Below are positions 12,431 through 26,882 of a stretch of 64,000 bases of DNA, piece after piece (position 1 is the first letter of the stretch; every line of letters begins with the position of its first letter). The DNA is taken from contig JAQGDQ010000018.1 in the NCBI GenBank assembly GCA_030141605.1, positions 1,240,001 through 1,304,000 of the forward strand, given 5' to 3'. The translations under genes and the position numbers were made by a program. The notes beneath the pieces were generated by a model that did no database searches, had not been told where the DNA came from, and saw nothing but the letters and a program-made list of their open reading frames with translations. Source of the stretch: Tubiluchus corallicola. Taxonomy: Eukaryota > Animalia > Priapulida.

Positions 12431-13314
12431 TTTAGAAGGATTGGTATACCAGTTTATCGTGTCTTTTATGTGACGCCTAGTATTGCAGATCTTCTATTGT
12501 GAGTTCGTGACCTGTGTATTCTCGTGTTCTAAACTTCTCTAGTTAGAAACTGGAGGCGCTCGAGTATTGTACGTTATTTAGTATTAAGCCTAATAATATT
12601 AACCCCAGATGTAAATGTAGCGCGTGCATAGCGACCCTGAGATAAAAGGGTCAGAGGCATTGAACCTGAACCTAGGATAATTTGTATATTTCAGTTAGTA
12701 AACTGTATTTTTAACATTTAAACAGTTACTGTATCTTCAGTAAAAAATCGCACGAAATTTATATTTGTTGAAGTAACTAACTAAATAATAATGGTTACGT
12801 GAATTTCGGAAAAATTTTGGCACATTCTGTGAGAATATTATTATGGTGTATAACCCGCGTGTAAGCTATTGTAAAGTAATCATTATCAATTTCATATCAT
12901 GACCTTGTATCATCGGCCAAATTGTAAGCCAGACCCCATGTTGTCCACGGCTATAAATTTCTGAGTCCTGACAATGTACTTATATTACATTGGGCATATT
13001 GTGTCAACTTGCATATGTCTAGATACCCTGTACTTTAGAGAGTATACTGTTCTGTAAAATGACAAATAATTCTAATACTAGATCTCATTTTTCTGTTCTG
13101 ATACAGGTGCTCAGAAGAATACCATGTGGTGAATGATAAGTGCATTTAAGCATTAGCAGTAGTCACACAAGAATGTTTAATATCGAAGCCTGTTTGAATT
13201 AAGAATCTGTTGATAGTGATAGTGCAAACTCAGAATTTTCATACTAAACTTGAAAGATTATTGTAGGTATTGATAATGGTTAGATAACTAGCAGTCTAGC
13301 TAGCACCTATCTGT

Positions 13315-14245
13315 AGGACAGGACATTTGGGTGCCAGACGCTTGGGCTTGAGACATTTGAGCACCAGCGGTAATGCAGAAGTTGTGTCCAACATAACTCA
13401 ATCATGCAAGAATACATTATTTCTGTTTTGGAGTGCAAATCACACTTCTTAATAGATTAAAGTTTTTGCTAGAAAAGAAATAATTATAAAAATGTTATAA
13501 ACTGGAAACAACAGCAGTACACGTATTATAGTGCACTTAGCACATTTAAAAACACTGCTGTTGAATGCATAATATTATTATGGATTATATTTCGCAAGAG
13601 ATACAGCAAAAATGCTTACATCGTTTAATTGACTTACTAAATAATCTAGCTAGTGATGTTCCAGTTAATAGCTAGTTATAATCAACTAAACAATGTATTC
13701 TAGGTTGGTTTTTTCTGAAACACTCTGAGCGTTCAATGAATACAGTATTATGATATACAGCATGTAATACTAGTCAAATTGCTGCACTGTCTGGTTGTGC
13801 TGATGATAAATTTTGTGTGTGAATGCATTTTTAGCAGCACACATTTTTGTTATTTAGGCCCTACTGTTTCTGTTTGCACAAGATGGTTTTGAAATAAATA
13901 CAGTTTCACAAAATGAATAAATAAATGTGTCATATTTTAATAAAATGTAATGTAACTTGCGGTGTCTCCTTTTAATTCGTTCATTTCAAAAGCTACACAT
14001 AAAACACTGAATTTTCGTTAAAAATCAAAAAGTGCAAAACTAGTTGACTGGTTTTAATTGCTATATTATTGTTACTCATATGTTTAATTAATGATTCTTA
14101 AGAAAGTATTGTGAGACTTTGGAAATTACAGTGAGTCATTCAAAATTTAATATACAAAAATAAAAAATTAGGTTCAACATTAAATTTTATTGGTGCGCAA
14201 ATGTCTCCTGCTCAAGTGTCACTGTGTCCAAATGTCACTTACCCC
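13315..14245. mobile_element. MITE/foldback-type element with subrepeat-containing imperfect TIRs
   Basis: Left arm gacatttgggtgccagacgcttgggcttgagacatttgagcacca matches the reverse complement of 14191-14245 (gacatttggacacagtgacacttgagcaggagacatttgcgcacca). AT-rich interior; no TSD resolved. Confidence 0.7.
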
Positions 14246-17200
14246 TGCTTCTGACTCTTCAAAATTACATATTTGAAATTGGATAGGTACATTAGAATTA
14301 CTTTGCAATATTATATTAAACTATATATTGCTAATATAGTGTGCAACTGTCTGTATGTAAGTTGGTCTGCACAGCATCAGCATTTTTGGTTGCAGTTCAC
14401 TTTTTGAGTACAAACGTTGCATATACTACTCATCATTAAACAATTGGGCCTGTAGACTTGATGTTGATATTTGTAGCAAGGCTTGTGGAGCTTGTCCCTT
14501 TATTACGGTTAGTCCTCTAAGACAAGACACTGAACCAACAAAGTTAAAATTTAAGGTATCTTAGCTAATTTCTGTTGAATAAGCACTATATGTCCTTCAG
14601 AATGAGTTTTAAACCTAGACTGGCATAAACCATTCACTGATCAGCTTTGTATGGCTCAACTCCATGCAGTAGCAAAGCATACGCTGTGTGACCACTGGAC
14701 TATTCACTACACCTCATTTTTTTCTAATTATATAGTGGTACGTGTTTATAATTTTGCTCGATATAGCAGTATCAATATAACAGTAACTTCATTTTTTCCC
14801 TAAAACTTGGTACCTCATCCCTCAACAAGAATAATAGCTAGTGGTAGTATAGAGAACTTACCTACCGTAACTTAATTTCCATTAGGTACCAATCTGCTAA
14901 CCATTCCAGCATTGTTTTACTGGCTGTTGTTTACATGAATGTAAATCTATGTTTGTACCTTTATATTGGAATGCTAGCTGTTAGTACAAGGTTATGATTT
15001 AAGCTGGTTTTGTAAAAGACAGTTGCATAAAAACTAACATTTATAATTTGAGTTTTCCATTTTTGGCTTTATAGGTAGTGTGTAGGACGAACTTATTTTA
15101 TTTGGTGGCAAAAAACCTTATGGGGTGTGTAAGACTTCAGTTAACGTGTAAGAGGATGCATTATAAAAAGGGTGTTCTCAAAACCCTTTGATTAGAAGTA
15201 CCTAATCATTTTGAATGAACTACTTTTTGCTACTGCCTGTGAAAATTATCCCTTATTAAAATGGTAAAATGATGCATTGTGAATTACTCTCAATACAATT
15301 AAATATGTCTTAGGAGCTTTTAGGAGCATTCTAAATGCTGCCCTTGATGCTGGTGTCTGTCCTTACGTATGTGGCTTCCAACATTAATCAGCGAAGTAGT
15401 TTGGTTATTGAAGAGTGTGAAAGACTGTCCCAGCGACATGTACATTCAGTGTACAGTGATATGTCACTTGACCTAAATGTGCCTTATTCATGTCCGAATA
15501 TAAAACCAATGGTTTGCTGTTCCACATTGAATCACTGCTTCACATTGGCCAGGGAACCTGCTGATATTGAAGGGCTTTCTATTTTTAATGGCTTTATCTT
15601 GTTGAAATTGCCCTGAATGGAGACTGCAAGATGAGAGTGGCAGATGGGCTTATGATTGCACTGCTAAATGTAGTTCTAACTTACCGTCCAGCTATGAGCT
15701 GAAAATGGTAGCTACAGACTACGTGGAAAGTAATTGTAATACATGTAGTTAGTTATTGTTCATATTTGCGTTGTTTTTTTAAAAGAAGTTTGTGTGGCAT
15801 GTGCATTGTGTGCACTTTCAAGTAATAGGCGTTATCTGACTTATCTCATCCCAACGTAATTATATATCATACCTGAAGTTCATATTGTTTGTTCACGAAG
15901 TATTGATTGTTGGCAATCAGCTACTACAAGGTTTATAAATAAATTATGCTGCGAAACGCAAAAATAGTTGCTGTTTTTTAATTTTACGTCGGATACTAGT
16001 GACGTGCTTTCATTATTAGCAGCTAGGTCTTTAATCTGGCAGTTGCTGGTCTTTAAAAGTATTTACTGAAGCAAAGAATTCTTTTCTGTGTTTTGTATAT
16101 ATATATATATAGCCATTTGCTATTGCTTGGCGTAAGGTTAAGTTATAATATGTAATGCAAGAACTAAGAAGATGCACGCTTCTGTTTTGATTCCAAAAAT
16201 TGTAGGGAAACGTGCTTTTCATTAAGGTATAAATCACTGCAACTTTTCATGTCAAGGCCGTAACAGATTTGCAACGAAAACATTCGATGTTATTATTAGA
16301 GCATTTTTGGCAACCCGTCAATAAATCGCAAGAAGGTCTTACCCTCTCCCATAGTCTCTTTGTTGACATTATGAATCAGTGAAGTGGGACGTTACTGTAT
16401 TGTGTTGCTCTTATTGAAGCCTGAGAATGCTTACACGATCTTCAAGTTGGAATTGTACAGCACAGAACCGAAATGTGTTTGGTGTTGTGAGCTTATAAGC
16501 GAAGTTTCATGAACTCAGGCGCTAATTTTGTAGTTTATAAATAGTTATAATTCTGATAGTTAGACTCCCTTGTGATTGTTACTGTAAATTTTGCGTTTTT
16601 CGTGTAGCGATTATAGTGCAAGACCAATTAGTATGTATGCAAAATAGACACTACAGCATCAGGATGTCTATGGTTACACTGTGTAACACTCTAGTTTGTA
16701 AGATATGTATGTGTATGTAGATAGTGTATTAAGATAGTTTTTCTGTTTAACTTAATTAACTAACTGTAAGTGTACAAATCAGATTACTAATAAAGATAAT
16801 ATATATACAATGTAATACATAGCTAATAGCCTTTTAATTTCATCTATATTTTATGTAAATATACATTGATGTATATTATTAGATTACATGTAAGTTCATG
16901 GCTCATTACAGGATTTACCGTCATACTTATAAGCAGCCGGTTAGTCTATGTGCTTGTAGACTTGGCAGAATGCTAATCGTTTTTGTAATTGCTTACTCTT
17001 TTTAATGCACCTTTTGCATGGTTGTGTTGGTGGTAAATTTGGCAATATACGTACACACGTGGCTCAAAACTTTGTATGAAAGTTTGGCTTCTTTTACCGG
17101 AAACATTTACTGTATTGTACATGTATGCGTGATATAATTGGCATGTTATACAAAAATGTGCTCTAATGAGCCATCATCATCACCCGTTTCTGATTAGTTT

Positions 17201-18825
17201 CATTTTTTGACAAGGGACTGGGAGCGAATCGTCATTTAGCAGTACATACTTGTGCACTGCAATTAATTAGAAACCGACGTAACCGGATACGATACTGTAC
17301 GTTTTGCTGGAATGCTAGAAGGTTTCATGATTGATAATTATCGAATTTCTCTGTGTAGAAAATAAAAGCAATTATTTTGTAGTGTTCAGCTCAATTTTAA
17401 TCGAAAGCTTCGGCGCCACATTGGCGCCGTTCAATCGCACAAGTTTCCTGTAACGGCGTAGACCTATAAAATGAAACTTGAAAACGTGTGACTTTTTATG
17501 TGTTTTTAAAACTACGGGGGACTTTAGTTGATCAACATAGTTGCCTTTTCTGGCAATGATTGCAGTTACTTTTTAACTCGGACTAATCAAAACTTAAGAA
17601 CTTAGGATTTTAATTAAATTGCATGAGCAAGCTGTTCTCTCACACTCTGCGAGGCCATTTATTTGTTGATTCCCGGTTAACTGTTTAGGATGAATCGTGT
17701 GCTGTATCTTTGAAATTCAATCCTATAAGTGCAATAAAACCACCGAATGTTTGCATTTGTATATATTGCATGGCACAAGTCATTTTTAATTGAACCTGGT
17801 GTAATAAAATGTAATAGTTTGCGGCGAAGTGTACTATAACGTAAGGTCGCTTAAATCAGGGGACTGTAATACCACAGAGTTTTTTCAACACGCAACTCAC
17901 TATAAGTGCTGTAAATAATACATATGAATGATTATACTAAGCTTAATATGTTTGAATAAGCTTACTATAGCATGTATATTTTGGATAACGTTTATTTCTA
18001 GAATTGATTGTCATTTAGAGATTTTTCAGAAGCAGAAACCTGGCGGGGCAATAAAATGCATTAAAATTTTCATTTTTAGTGATGATTCTTGGACGTTAAA
18101 GTCAAGCACTTGGATGACTCTAAAGGAGAACCCAAGTTTACTTACTCATTACTTAATTATGCATGACCCTTCCTATGTAAACATTAAGCATTAGCAACCA
18201 AGCGTCTTGTTTGTTTACTGTGCAAAATCTGCAGACCGCTGCAGCCGGTTTCCGGTAATTACTACATTTATGACGAATTGTTTGAACAACCCATTAGAAA
18301 TTGATCCCGCGTTAAAGAAGTCACGTGGATATGTCAAATTTAATGTTCATTTCATTGATATGTGTCATACCTTTTATTGAATAGGAATAAGGCATTAAGA
18401 ATTTGAACGATATTGTTATTTTTAATCACTTTTCAAGTGAAATTTGTTGCGCTTAAAGGGTGAAGCGCGGGTGAGATCAACTCTGATCCACATCATTGAG
18501 TGACCTTTAGCTTTTGACACTTTGCCCAAAATTTTGTCTAATCCTGTTTTCCAGAGTGGTTGTGTCAGTTTTAATGCAATGTATCTTGGTATATAGTCAC
18601 ATGAAAGGCACCAGTCCATGTGATATTTTATGAGTGCAGCACAGATTCAAATAAAACATTTAGCATGAAGGGGGAGCGAAAACCAAAAATAAGATATCCA
18701 TTGCGTATGTTTGTTGGATATTGCTTCATTTCTCTCTAGTCCCATTACTATTTTTTACAGAATGTCATATCAAGTAACGTTATTTTTTCAGACAATGTTG
18801 ATATCAGTAAAGGCTGTACACCATT

Positions 18826-19020
18826 TTTAATACTAAATAATAATACTAATACAATATACTCATACTAATATATTATAATAATTTTTATACTTTATATTTA
18901 ATGCTTTAATACATTTAAACTTTTATATTTTTATACTTTTACTTATGGTTTTTCAATTATAAATTAATACTTTAGTAATTTATAGTACTTTTATTTTATT
19001 TTTAATACTACTTTATAATT
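18826..19020. repeat. AT-rich low-complexity tract
   Basis: Degenerate taatac/tttatac units, almost no G. Confidence 0.7.
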
Positions 19021-19479
19021 CAGTTGGTGTCAGTGATGATCCACAAAGTTTTACGAACTTAAATGTATTTTAGCTTTTTTAGTCTACAAATTAGATTTTT
19101 GTGCCATTTGTCAAGCTTGAAAAATGTTAACCCTCAAAGCTAGCATGTTCTGATACGAGTCGTAAATTGTGATCAGACAAATTAATTCGTATCTTTGTGA
19201 GTGTCATGAATCCCAATAATTTAGGTATCGTGAAACATCATCGTTGTGTCCTTCGGTATTGCTGCCATGTTAAACACTTTCATAAGCATGAAGGCAGTGT
19301 ACACTAAAATTATAAAGTGCATAATGGTTTTGCGTGTCGTTCTTTCATACACGTATTTATATTTTTTGTTATATTAAGTAATGAATGAAGGTGTATCTGA
19401 TTTTAAACCTTTAAGCCCTACCTCACACTGTTCGGAACTGCTGATAAAATACTTTTGACATCGTCTGTCCTACAGTGGA

Positions 19480-20304
19480 ACGGGTTACAGGCGTTTTGGA
19501 CACAGAAGTTTTATTTCGACACAAAATTTTGTACACATGGGTCGTTTGGACACATAGATTATTTAGGCACTAGGGATTTTGGACGCATAGGTCATTTAGA
19601 CACTAGATTTTGGACACAGGATATTCGGACATGTAGACAATTTGGATGTGCATAAACTGTTTAGACAAGGATTCAACCTGGATTAACCTGGATTAGGTTA
19701 AATATTTCCTTAAACATAAAATAGTAGTCGGATTGCCTATTTACCCTTAACTTCTTGGAAATACAAAAAAATTGTGGATCCGTGACAGCTGTTCTTCAGT
19801 TTTTATATTATTATACAGACCAGTCTTATGAACAGTTTTTGTCGCTAGATTCGTTACTCGTGTTGATTGGAAATGATCTTGTCATGCCAGTTCTTCAGAG
19901 CTAACTAAAAGTCAAATGCAACTTGTCTCAATGAGCCTCAAATGAAGATTTCCAAACGTTGGACAACGAAAAATGAGATGCGCAGTGCACATGTCTTGAT
20001 GTCCTATTCCTAGTGTCCAAATATGGTTAAATGCGACCAAAATACCCATGTTTCCACTTTCCAATTAACCTTGTGTCCTATGCGTCTAAACGTCTTGCGA
20101 CCGAAGTGCCTATATGTGTGCAAAAGAATCTGTGTTCAAATTATCCGTGTGTCCAAATCACATTGTGTCCAAATGATTTGTGTGTCCGGAGTACCTATGC
20201 GCCCTTTCTGGATACAAACATGCGTCCAAATGTCTTGTCGCAAAACGTCCTGTATCCAAATGTTGAAATGCCCAAGTCCTGTGTTGAAATGTCTGCATAC
20301 CCGT
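19480..20304. mobile_element. Foldback/MITE with ~15-bp TTTGGACAC / GTGTCCAAA subrepeat arms
   Basis: Left arm 19480-19670 is an array of tttggacac variants. Right arm ~20010-20304 is an array of gtgtccaaa variants. Termini acgggt...acccgt are inverted. Confidence 0.82.
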
Positions 20305-22199
20305 ACAACGTCGGTTAATAAACCAGAAATGTAAATATGCACTACACTGCTTTATTTGTTTAGTTTAATTATTTCAGTTGCTGGGAACCTGATTCTAGAA
20401 AAAGTATCTTGCGAAGAATGAGTGTTAACGATGTAGACTTGTTTGCAGCAGTCTTCTGTATCTTTAATAATAACAGGTTTCTAAGGGATAACATCAATGA
20501 TTGGTAAATGTTAATGCCGCTGTTGTTGCAAGCCACCAGTACATAAACTATGCTGCAGAATAAACGTCTTCGTTTGATACGTAGAGCTGCTCTTTCAGTT
20601 TGACCGTCTGTGTGTGATTGTTACTTAATACTGGCGAAATGAAATTAAGGTTACATCAATAAGGTTACAACCTCATTATAAATAAGGGGGCGTTTTAAGA
20701 CAAGGTTCGACTTGATCGTAGGGTGTGCCTGCTTATATACCAAGTGGGCTTCTACATATCGGCGTAATGGTTGTCATTAGACTATACATGATTTGGATAG
20801 GCAGTTTTTCAAGCAGCAAAATAGAGTCGGTTTGCAGTGATAAAACTTCAAGTGACAAAATAATAGGCTTCGTGTACACAAATTGCAATTGTGCTATAGT
20901 TGCTTCAAATAAGTACTTAAAATTCCAAAGTTTTTACATTATTCACTGTTTGGTAGTAATTTGAAAGACACCATACGTCTTTATAAACGTAAACTACAAA
21001 ATACAAAACAAGCACATTTATGAAATTTTCTTTTTTATTTCATAGTGGTTTTGAAAGTGAAAAAAATCGATTTTGCTATGATAGAGTTCTTGCATTACAT
21101 AGAAATTATTTTCGAAACGTTTATGTTGTTTCTATGGTTTTGTGCCTGTGTGCTAGCTTTCATTCCTTTTACAACTTCTCATCTTAGCGTAGACTTACTT
21201 GATCTGGAGCATATTATAGTACCCGGGAGTCAAAGTACAGGTTGTCATCCGCGCAAGTGATTGCTAATCAATCTTGTTCTTAACTTCTTATAACTGCGAT
21301 TCTGTCTGAGGAAATCTCATTGGGCAGTTTCCGGTGTTTTTATGCATCAGCGCGTCATCGGTACAGGATACTTACCGCAATTTCATTATAAATCAGTTAC
21401 TTGTAAGTTTGGTAATATGCTATATCGTTGCTAACTTTATATTGTCGAACTGATCTGCGTAAGCTGACTCGAACAAGAGAGAGCTTTTGAACGTAAAAAG
21501 GTTGTTTTTGCATGTGTCTTCATGATAAGATCCTTATCAGCATGATTTCAATTTAAATGTCATATATGGAAGATTCATGAGCAGCTATTTTCTGTGCAAA
21601 CTGTTTTGTAAAACTTTGCCCTGCATTTATTAAAGAGCATGTAAAAAGATCGCTCGGGTTGTTAATCATAAGTAATGGCTACATTAATCACAGCTTCCGT
21701 TGTGGTAATGCGTCTAAGGTGTGATTAAAATGTAATTTCACTAAACCTTGCTTGCAAATTTACTGCAGCTAAATTTGTATTAAAAGTCCTTTTTTATCAT
21801 CTCGTTGCATAAAAAGAATTATGGAGAATAGAAGAAGCCAGTTCAAGACTCGTTTGTATTTTTAAACAAAGTTTTTAAATTTCACAAGCAAGGATAAAGC
21901 CTCAGAGAATTTGAGTGCTGCTGTGAAGACAAACTCAAAGTTAACAAATTTTGAAGGCACTGTAAGGCTCCAAAGGTACTGTAAGTGGTGCAAAGGCAAA
22001 TTTTTTACATAACTTATAACTTGTCAATTACTTGAATATACATTAGGGCTTCCAGTATTAATGCGATAACATGTGATTTGGCAGGTTTTTTAAACTGAGC
22101 AAAGTAATGCACCTGTTTTGGAGTTGTTAAAGTACAGCCAATTAGAATCAAGAAAACTCTTCTGTAATGATGAAAATAATTATGTTCGTTTTTTCCTAG

Positions 22200-22247
22200 G
22201 TATTTGTGATGCTTGCACCAAAGTAATGACTTGTCAGTAAAGGCAAG
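22200..22247 (+). other. Candidate 48-nt non-coding (5' UTR) exon of RIPOR with two short uORFs
   Basis: Strong acceptor ttcgtttttttcctag and donor AAG|GTAAGT. Stops in all three frames; uORFs MLAPK* and MTCQ*. Confidence 0.5.
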
Positions 22248-25200
22248 GTAAGTGCTGCATTAAAACTGGAGCCGCTTACATAGATACATATATAGTACTT
22301 GCATAACAATAGCTAAGAAAACTTGCAGAAAAGTCAATTTATTTGAAAATTTGTGCTTGTATATTTTTTATATTATGATATACAAAATTGTTCATTGAAT
22401 GTTGACAAAATTTGTTTTTCTGGGGCTCTTCACAGTTTTATATCTTATATTAATTACTTGAATTTTTTCATCCAGGTCAAAAGTGTCTACTGCATAAAAT
22501 TCTATAACAATAAACATTGTAATTAAGTTTTGGTACTAAGTGATGTATTAAATATTCAGCGAGATTTAATTTTATCCATTTCATACGAATCTCTGTTGTA
22601 CTAAATTAATAAATCATACAGGCTACTAATGCAAAGTTGCTCCTTTTGGGATCCACTGACCCAGTACAGACTTTTGTACAAAATCCAGTAAATTTAACCC
22701 GCAGTTTTTGCACTAAATCAAGCATCGAGCAAATTAAATACGTTTAGAGTACGCTTAAGTAGATAGACTTGAATGAGCCTCCTTGAAGACTTATGGGTCA
22801 ACTATATTGCTGTTTTAGTGCCTGCTTAAGGGGTCCAACTTTGACGATAGTGACTACTAGTTTTACTATTAATATATGTCCGGGCATGAATCATCCCATC
22901 TCCCAATAAGATTTCTATTAAGCTTCTACTGGCGTGCACTCTCATTAAAGGATGATGGTTGATTGCATGTCTGATTGCACAAATGATTATAACTAGTTAT
23001 TGCCAAGTTCATGCCACCAAACGATGAATCATCCATTTCTTTCTTCAGTTTATCAGACGCTATTTGGCTCTGCAGTTTGCTTGTTTTAAATGAACATGTG
23101 AGTGACTCATCGCGAATCTTTTAATATAGGGCGCATGCCATATAATTTAGCTTCAGTCATTGTAACTATTTGCGAGGTTTGGTGGCTTATTGAGAGTTCT
23201 TGTTCTTTTGCCGAAATGCTACTAATGGGTTCTCTAAGTTGAGAAGGTTTTTTGACTATGCCCCAGAAATGGTGAGAGGAGTACGCCGCCGTGAGTGTAC
23301 TTAGCAAGTGATACTAACGTGGATCGTTAACCAAGTAAATCTCTTTTGAGCGGTTTCTTCTACAAAACACGAATTTTCGCATTTATTTGAGAGAGGATCT
23401 ATAATTGTTGAAAGTCACGTTTAGATGGTCATTTTTTCATAAAACTTGTTGTCAGTTTTAGTTTAACAAACCAACTTGGTCGTATAAATAGTGAAACTGA
23501 TAAACTTTGAGTTTGACAAATATTGTCTGATGACATCAAACCGTCTTGGATTTATCAAACCAAAACTACCGAATTCAGGTACAACAGTCAATAGCGTCAC
23601 GCGCTTGTGACATCGTACCGACTGTTCATTTTCGAGCAAGTATGTGCTTGCCTTTGAAAGGCAATTAAAAAGAAAACAAGTACAAGCCTTCCTTTTCAAC
23701 TGCGCGCTAGTGATTTCCCATGGCAGCGTGAAATTCCCATTGCAGCGTGTTATTAATATATCACTAAAAAATAAAATCCTTTATGTTTCATGCTGAAATG
23801 AGAAGTTACTGGCCCGCTGCTCAAAAGGGAGACTTGCAGTTGTTATGTACCCTGGCATGTTATGTTTTGTTAGCAATGCATTACACTATACGCATGCGTA
23901 GTTACGCTGTTGCTTTCTATGCAATATGAAGTATGAAATGAATTTTTATTTTCACACATAAAAACAATATCAAACGCATCAATAAATTTAAAATAAAATA
24001 ATTTGAGTTGTGCGAGGTGAGTGTACGACCATACCGTCATTAACACACTCACCTTACTTAATGAAAAAATGATTATAATAATACATAGGTAACTTAATAA
24101 TGTAAATAAGGATGAAGTAAATAATGTAATAATAGCAATGGTATAAAAGCAATAAAACTGAAAGTTGAGAAAGGAAACCATAATGTCTAATTACGACTTT
24201 GAGTGAGCCTTAAAGAGTGAAAAATTTGAAATAGTTACGAATTTGAATTATCTGATTATCTGTCAATGCACCAACAAGCAGTAATAACTACATATTTATA
24301 TGATAATGTATATTGTTAATTCCACAGAAGAGTACCATAATGTTCCTTTAAAGCTGTCAGTTAGTATGGGAAACTTTATAATATTCTAAATCGATATACA
24401 CACATACATATATATATATACACTCATACACACGTGTATATATTAATACAATATTTTATTTAATATTGATGTAATTTTCGACACGAGAAGTAATACATTT
24501 CCAAATATCTATAATTAAATAATGAAAACTATATTTTTAATTTAACTTAATTTAGATGGACATAGTGTGTTGTATCTGGAAACAACTTTGGGCAGTTTTT
24601 GTGTATGGGAGTCAATGCTGTACAGTAACATTGTACTTCAATTTTCGCTTTCGCAAACACGGTAACACCCTCGTGGAATGTTTGTGCTAATAGGTGTTTT
24701 GCACGTTTAAAATGTATACCTTTCACCATACTTCGTAAAGCACAATATGAAGAATCGTCCTGTTTTTCTTTAAGTTTATTACGACCGACGATAAAATAGG
24801 TACGTAGTACGAAGCGACGGTTGATCATTGTGGCAGGCAAGCAACAACTGTACGTATGCGCTAGCGAAAAGTGGGGTTACTGGAATATTATTTCACATGT
24901 ACGATTCTTTTGGTGAAGGAGCGGCTGTGGTTCATCGCTAAGAGAAGAACTAGTCTTTTTTACTGCTTTTATTGCTACAATTAGGGGCTACGTCGTTGGT
25001 TAGATACTGAACGGGCATGCGCAGTGAACAAATCGGAATCTTTGTGTGAAGAAGAAACCAAGTAAGAGGTTGGGTGACCATAGTAAAGCGTTAACATTGC
25101 TAACACCGATTTTAATTTACTTGTAGAATGCAAAGGCAAGATTTTTTTGTGACTGGATTCCGTTGGAGTAGCACAACAGAAATGCGTTTATGCAATAGCA

Positions 25201-25721
25201 ATTTAACTATCGAGTAGGTCGGTTTAGAGTATTAATTTCAGCAGTTACTATTATTAGGAAACTATTAAATACTATTAATTATAAATAAAAAATTGAAAAC
25301 AGTAATAATTTTACCATTGTGTGGGATAACGATTTTACCACGCGGCATAATTAATACCGGCTGGGTGGAACATTTGCATGCAAAAAGAAAATATTGATAA
25401 GAAATAGAAGATGCTCATAAGCTGTATACCACATGTACAGCATGTGTAGTGTAAGGCGTGTTGTGAGAATAATAACAGTGATTAGTAGTAATACAATCTG
25501 ATGGTACAGTAGTTAATGGCAGAGTTTGGTTCTATGTTGGTTTGGAAAGACTAAGATTTATTTAAGGCGATATTCATATATTTTTATTAGATTGCTTTTG
25601 GTAGGCTAAATCAGTAATGATATAGTGAATGAGTTGTGATTTATTATGGCTGCTTAATGTCAATCAAGTGACTCAATTCATACAAAAGAACTCGCAGAAA
25701 AAACGATTTTAACCTTTAGTT

Positions 25722-26882
25722 CGGTGCGTGGTAAGTTTGGTACCAGTAATTTTGGTACGAGGAAATTTGGGTACTGGGAAAATTTGATACTAGGAATTTT
25801 TGGTACACGGTAATTTTGATACTGGGAAAATTTGGTACAGTGAAAATATGGTACTGGTAAGTATGGTACTAACGAAGTTTTGTCAGGCATTTTTGATACA
25901 AGTAAATATGGTACAATGTAAAAATGGTACGAAACAAGTTTGGTACTAGGATAATTCGGTGCAGAGAAAGTTTGGTACAAGAAAATGCTGAAAATATATT
26001 TTGTATAATCTGCTCGAACAAGTTATAGATGCTCATATTGTTTTCCACCATCACCATCATCATCATTATTGCTGTCGTCATTTCACCATTGTTACTTTTG
26101 TCGTTTTGGTGCTGTTACTGCTGCTGCTGTTCTTATTGTTGTTGTTTACTGATGTTGTTGTTATTCTTGTTGTAATGTTAGTTCAGTATGTGCGTTGTCA
26201 AGATTTTTCACTTAATGGGAACTTATCTGAATCAGTGTTACCACGATCACCACCACATCATAACCATCGTTGTCGATGTTTTCGTCATCATTACACCATT
26301 GTCGTCATCTTCATCACCATCGTCGTCATCATCATCATGAAGAAGTACAGTTCTCACTCCATACTGTGCACCTCACGGGAAACCAAACTATTGTTATGCA
26401 GGACGTTTCTGTCCAGGGATATCATTAGCTTGATATCATCGTTTGATAACTTTTGTAAAAAAACAGAAAAAGTGATCATTTTTCCCGAAAAAACAAATTG
26501 ACCAAGCTTTTTGGAAATTTACATGGTGAATTGGAGACCTTTCATTTTTTGCTGAAAGAATTCTCAAACGTACCTACATAATCACGGATAAAATTTTAAC
26601 TGCCATGCTCTGTTAATTACAGTATAATGTTTTATGAACTTTTTAATAAACCAGACTTTCCTAGTACATGTACCATATTTCCTCCCTACTAAATAAACTT
26701 CTTTACTTTCTAGTTGAAACAATTATTTTATACTGAGATATGGAACTGCTGTCTTTTTCGTTTAGTACCAAACTCCTAATACCAAATTTTTCTCATACCA
26801 AATTTTCCTTATAGTACCAAAACTTACTTGTACCATTATTTCTTTGTACTGAACAATCCTGGTACCATATTTAATTTGGTAC
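25722..26882. mobile_element. Foldback/MITE with ~15-bp AAATTTGGTAC / GTACCAAA subrepeat arms
   Basis: About 17 tttggtac variants at 25722-25980 and inverted gtaccaaa variants at ~26660-26880. The interior carries trinucleotide repeats. Confidence 0.78.
26046..26340. repeat. Degenerate trinucleotide repeats (CAT/CAC, GTT/GCT, CGT)
   Basis: Direct reading; explains the poly-His/poly-Leu ORF 26001-26501. Confidence 0.85.

Noticed and set aside
15335-15616. 93-aa ORF
   Set aside because: No recognisable domain, and no convincing in-frame donor linking it to RIPOR.
19455-20342. Overlapping Cys/Val/Gln-rich ORFs
   Set aside because: Derived from 15-bp subrepeats of the foldback element arms.
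24980-25067. CpG-rich segment with GCATGCGC motif and GTAAGA donor
   Set aside because: Its ATG frame ends in TGA before the donor; could be a non-coding first exon, but the evidence is too thin to call.
25678-26501. VP(K/N)-repeat ORF and poly-His/poly-Leu membrane-like ORF
   Set aside because: MITE subrepeats and trinucleotide microsatellites; no splice or homology support.
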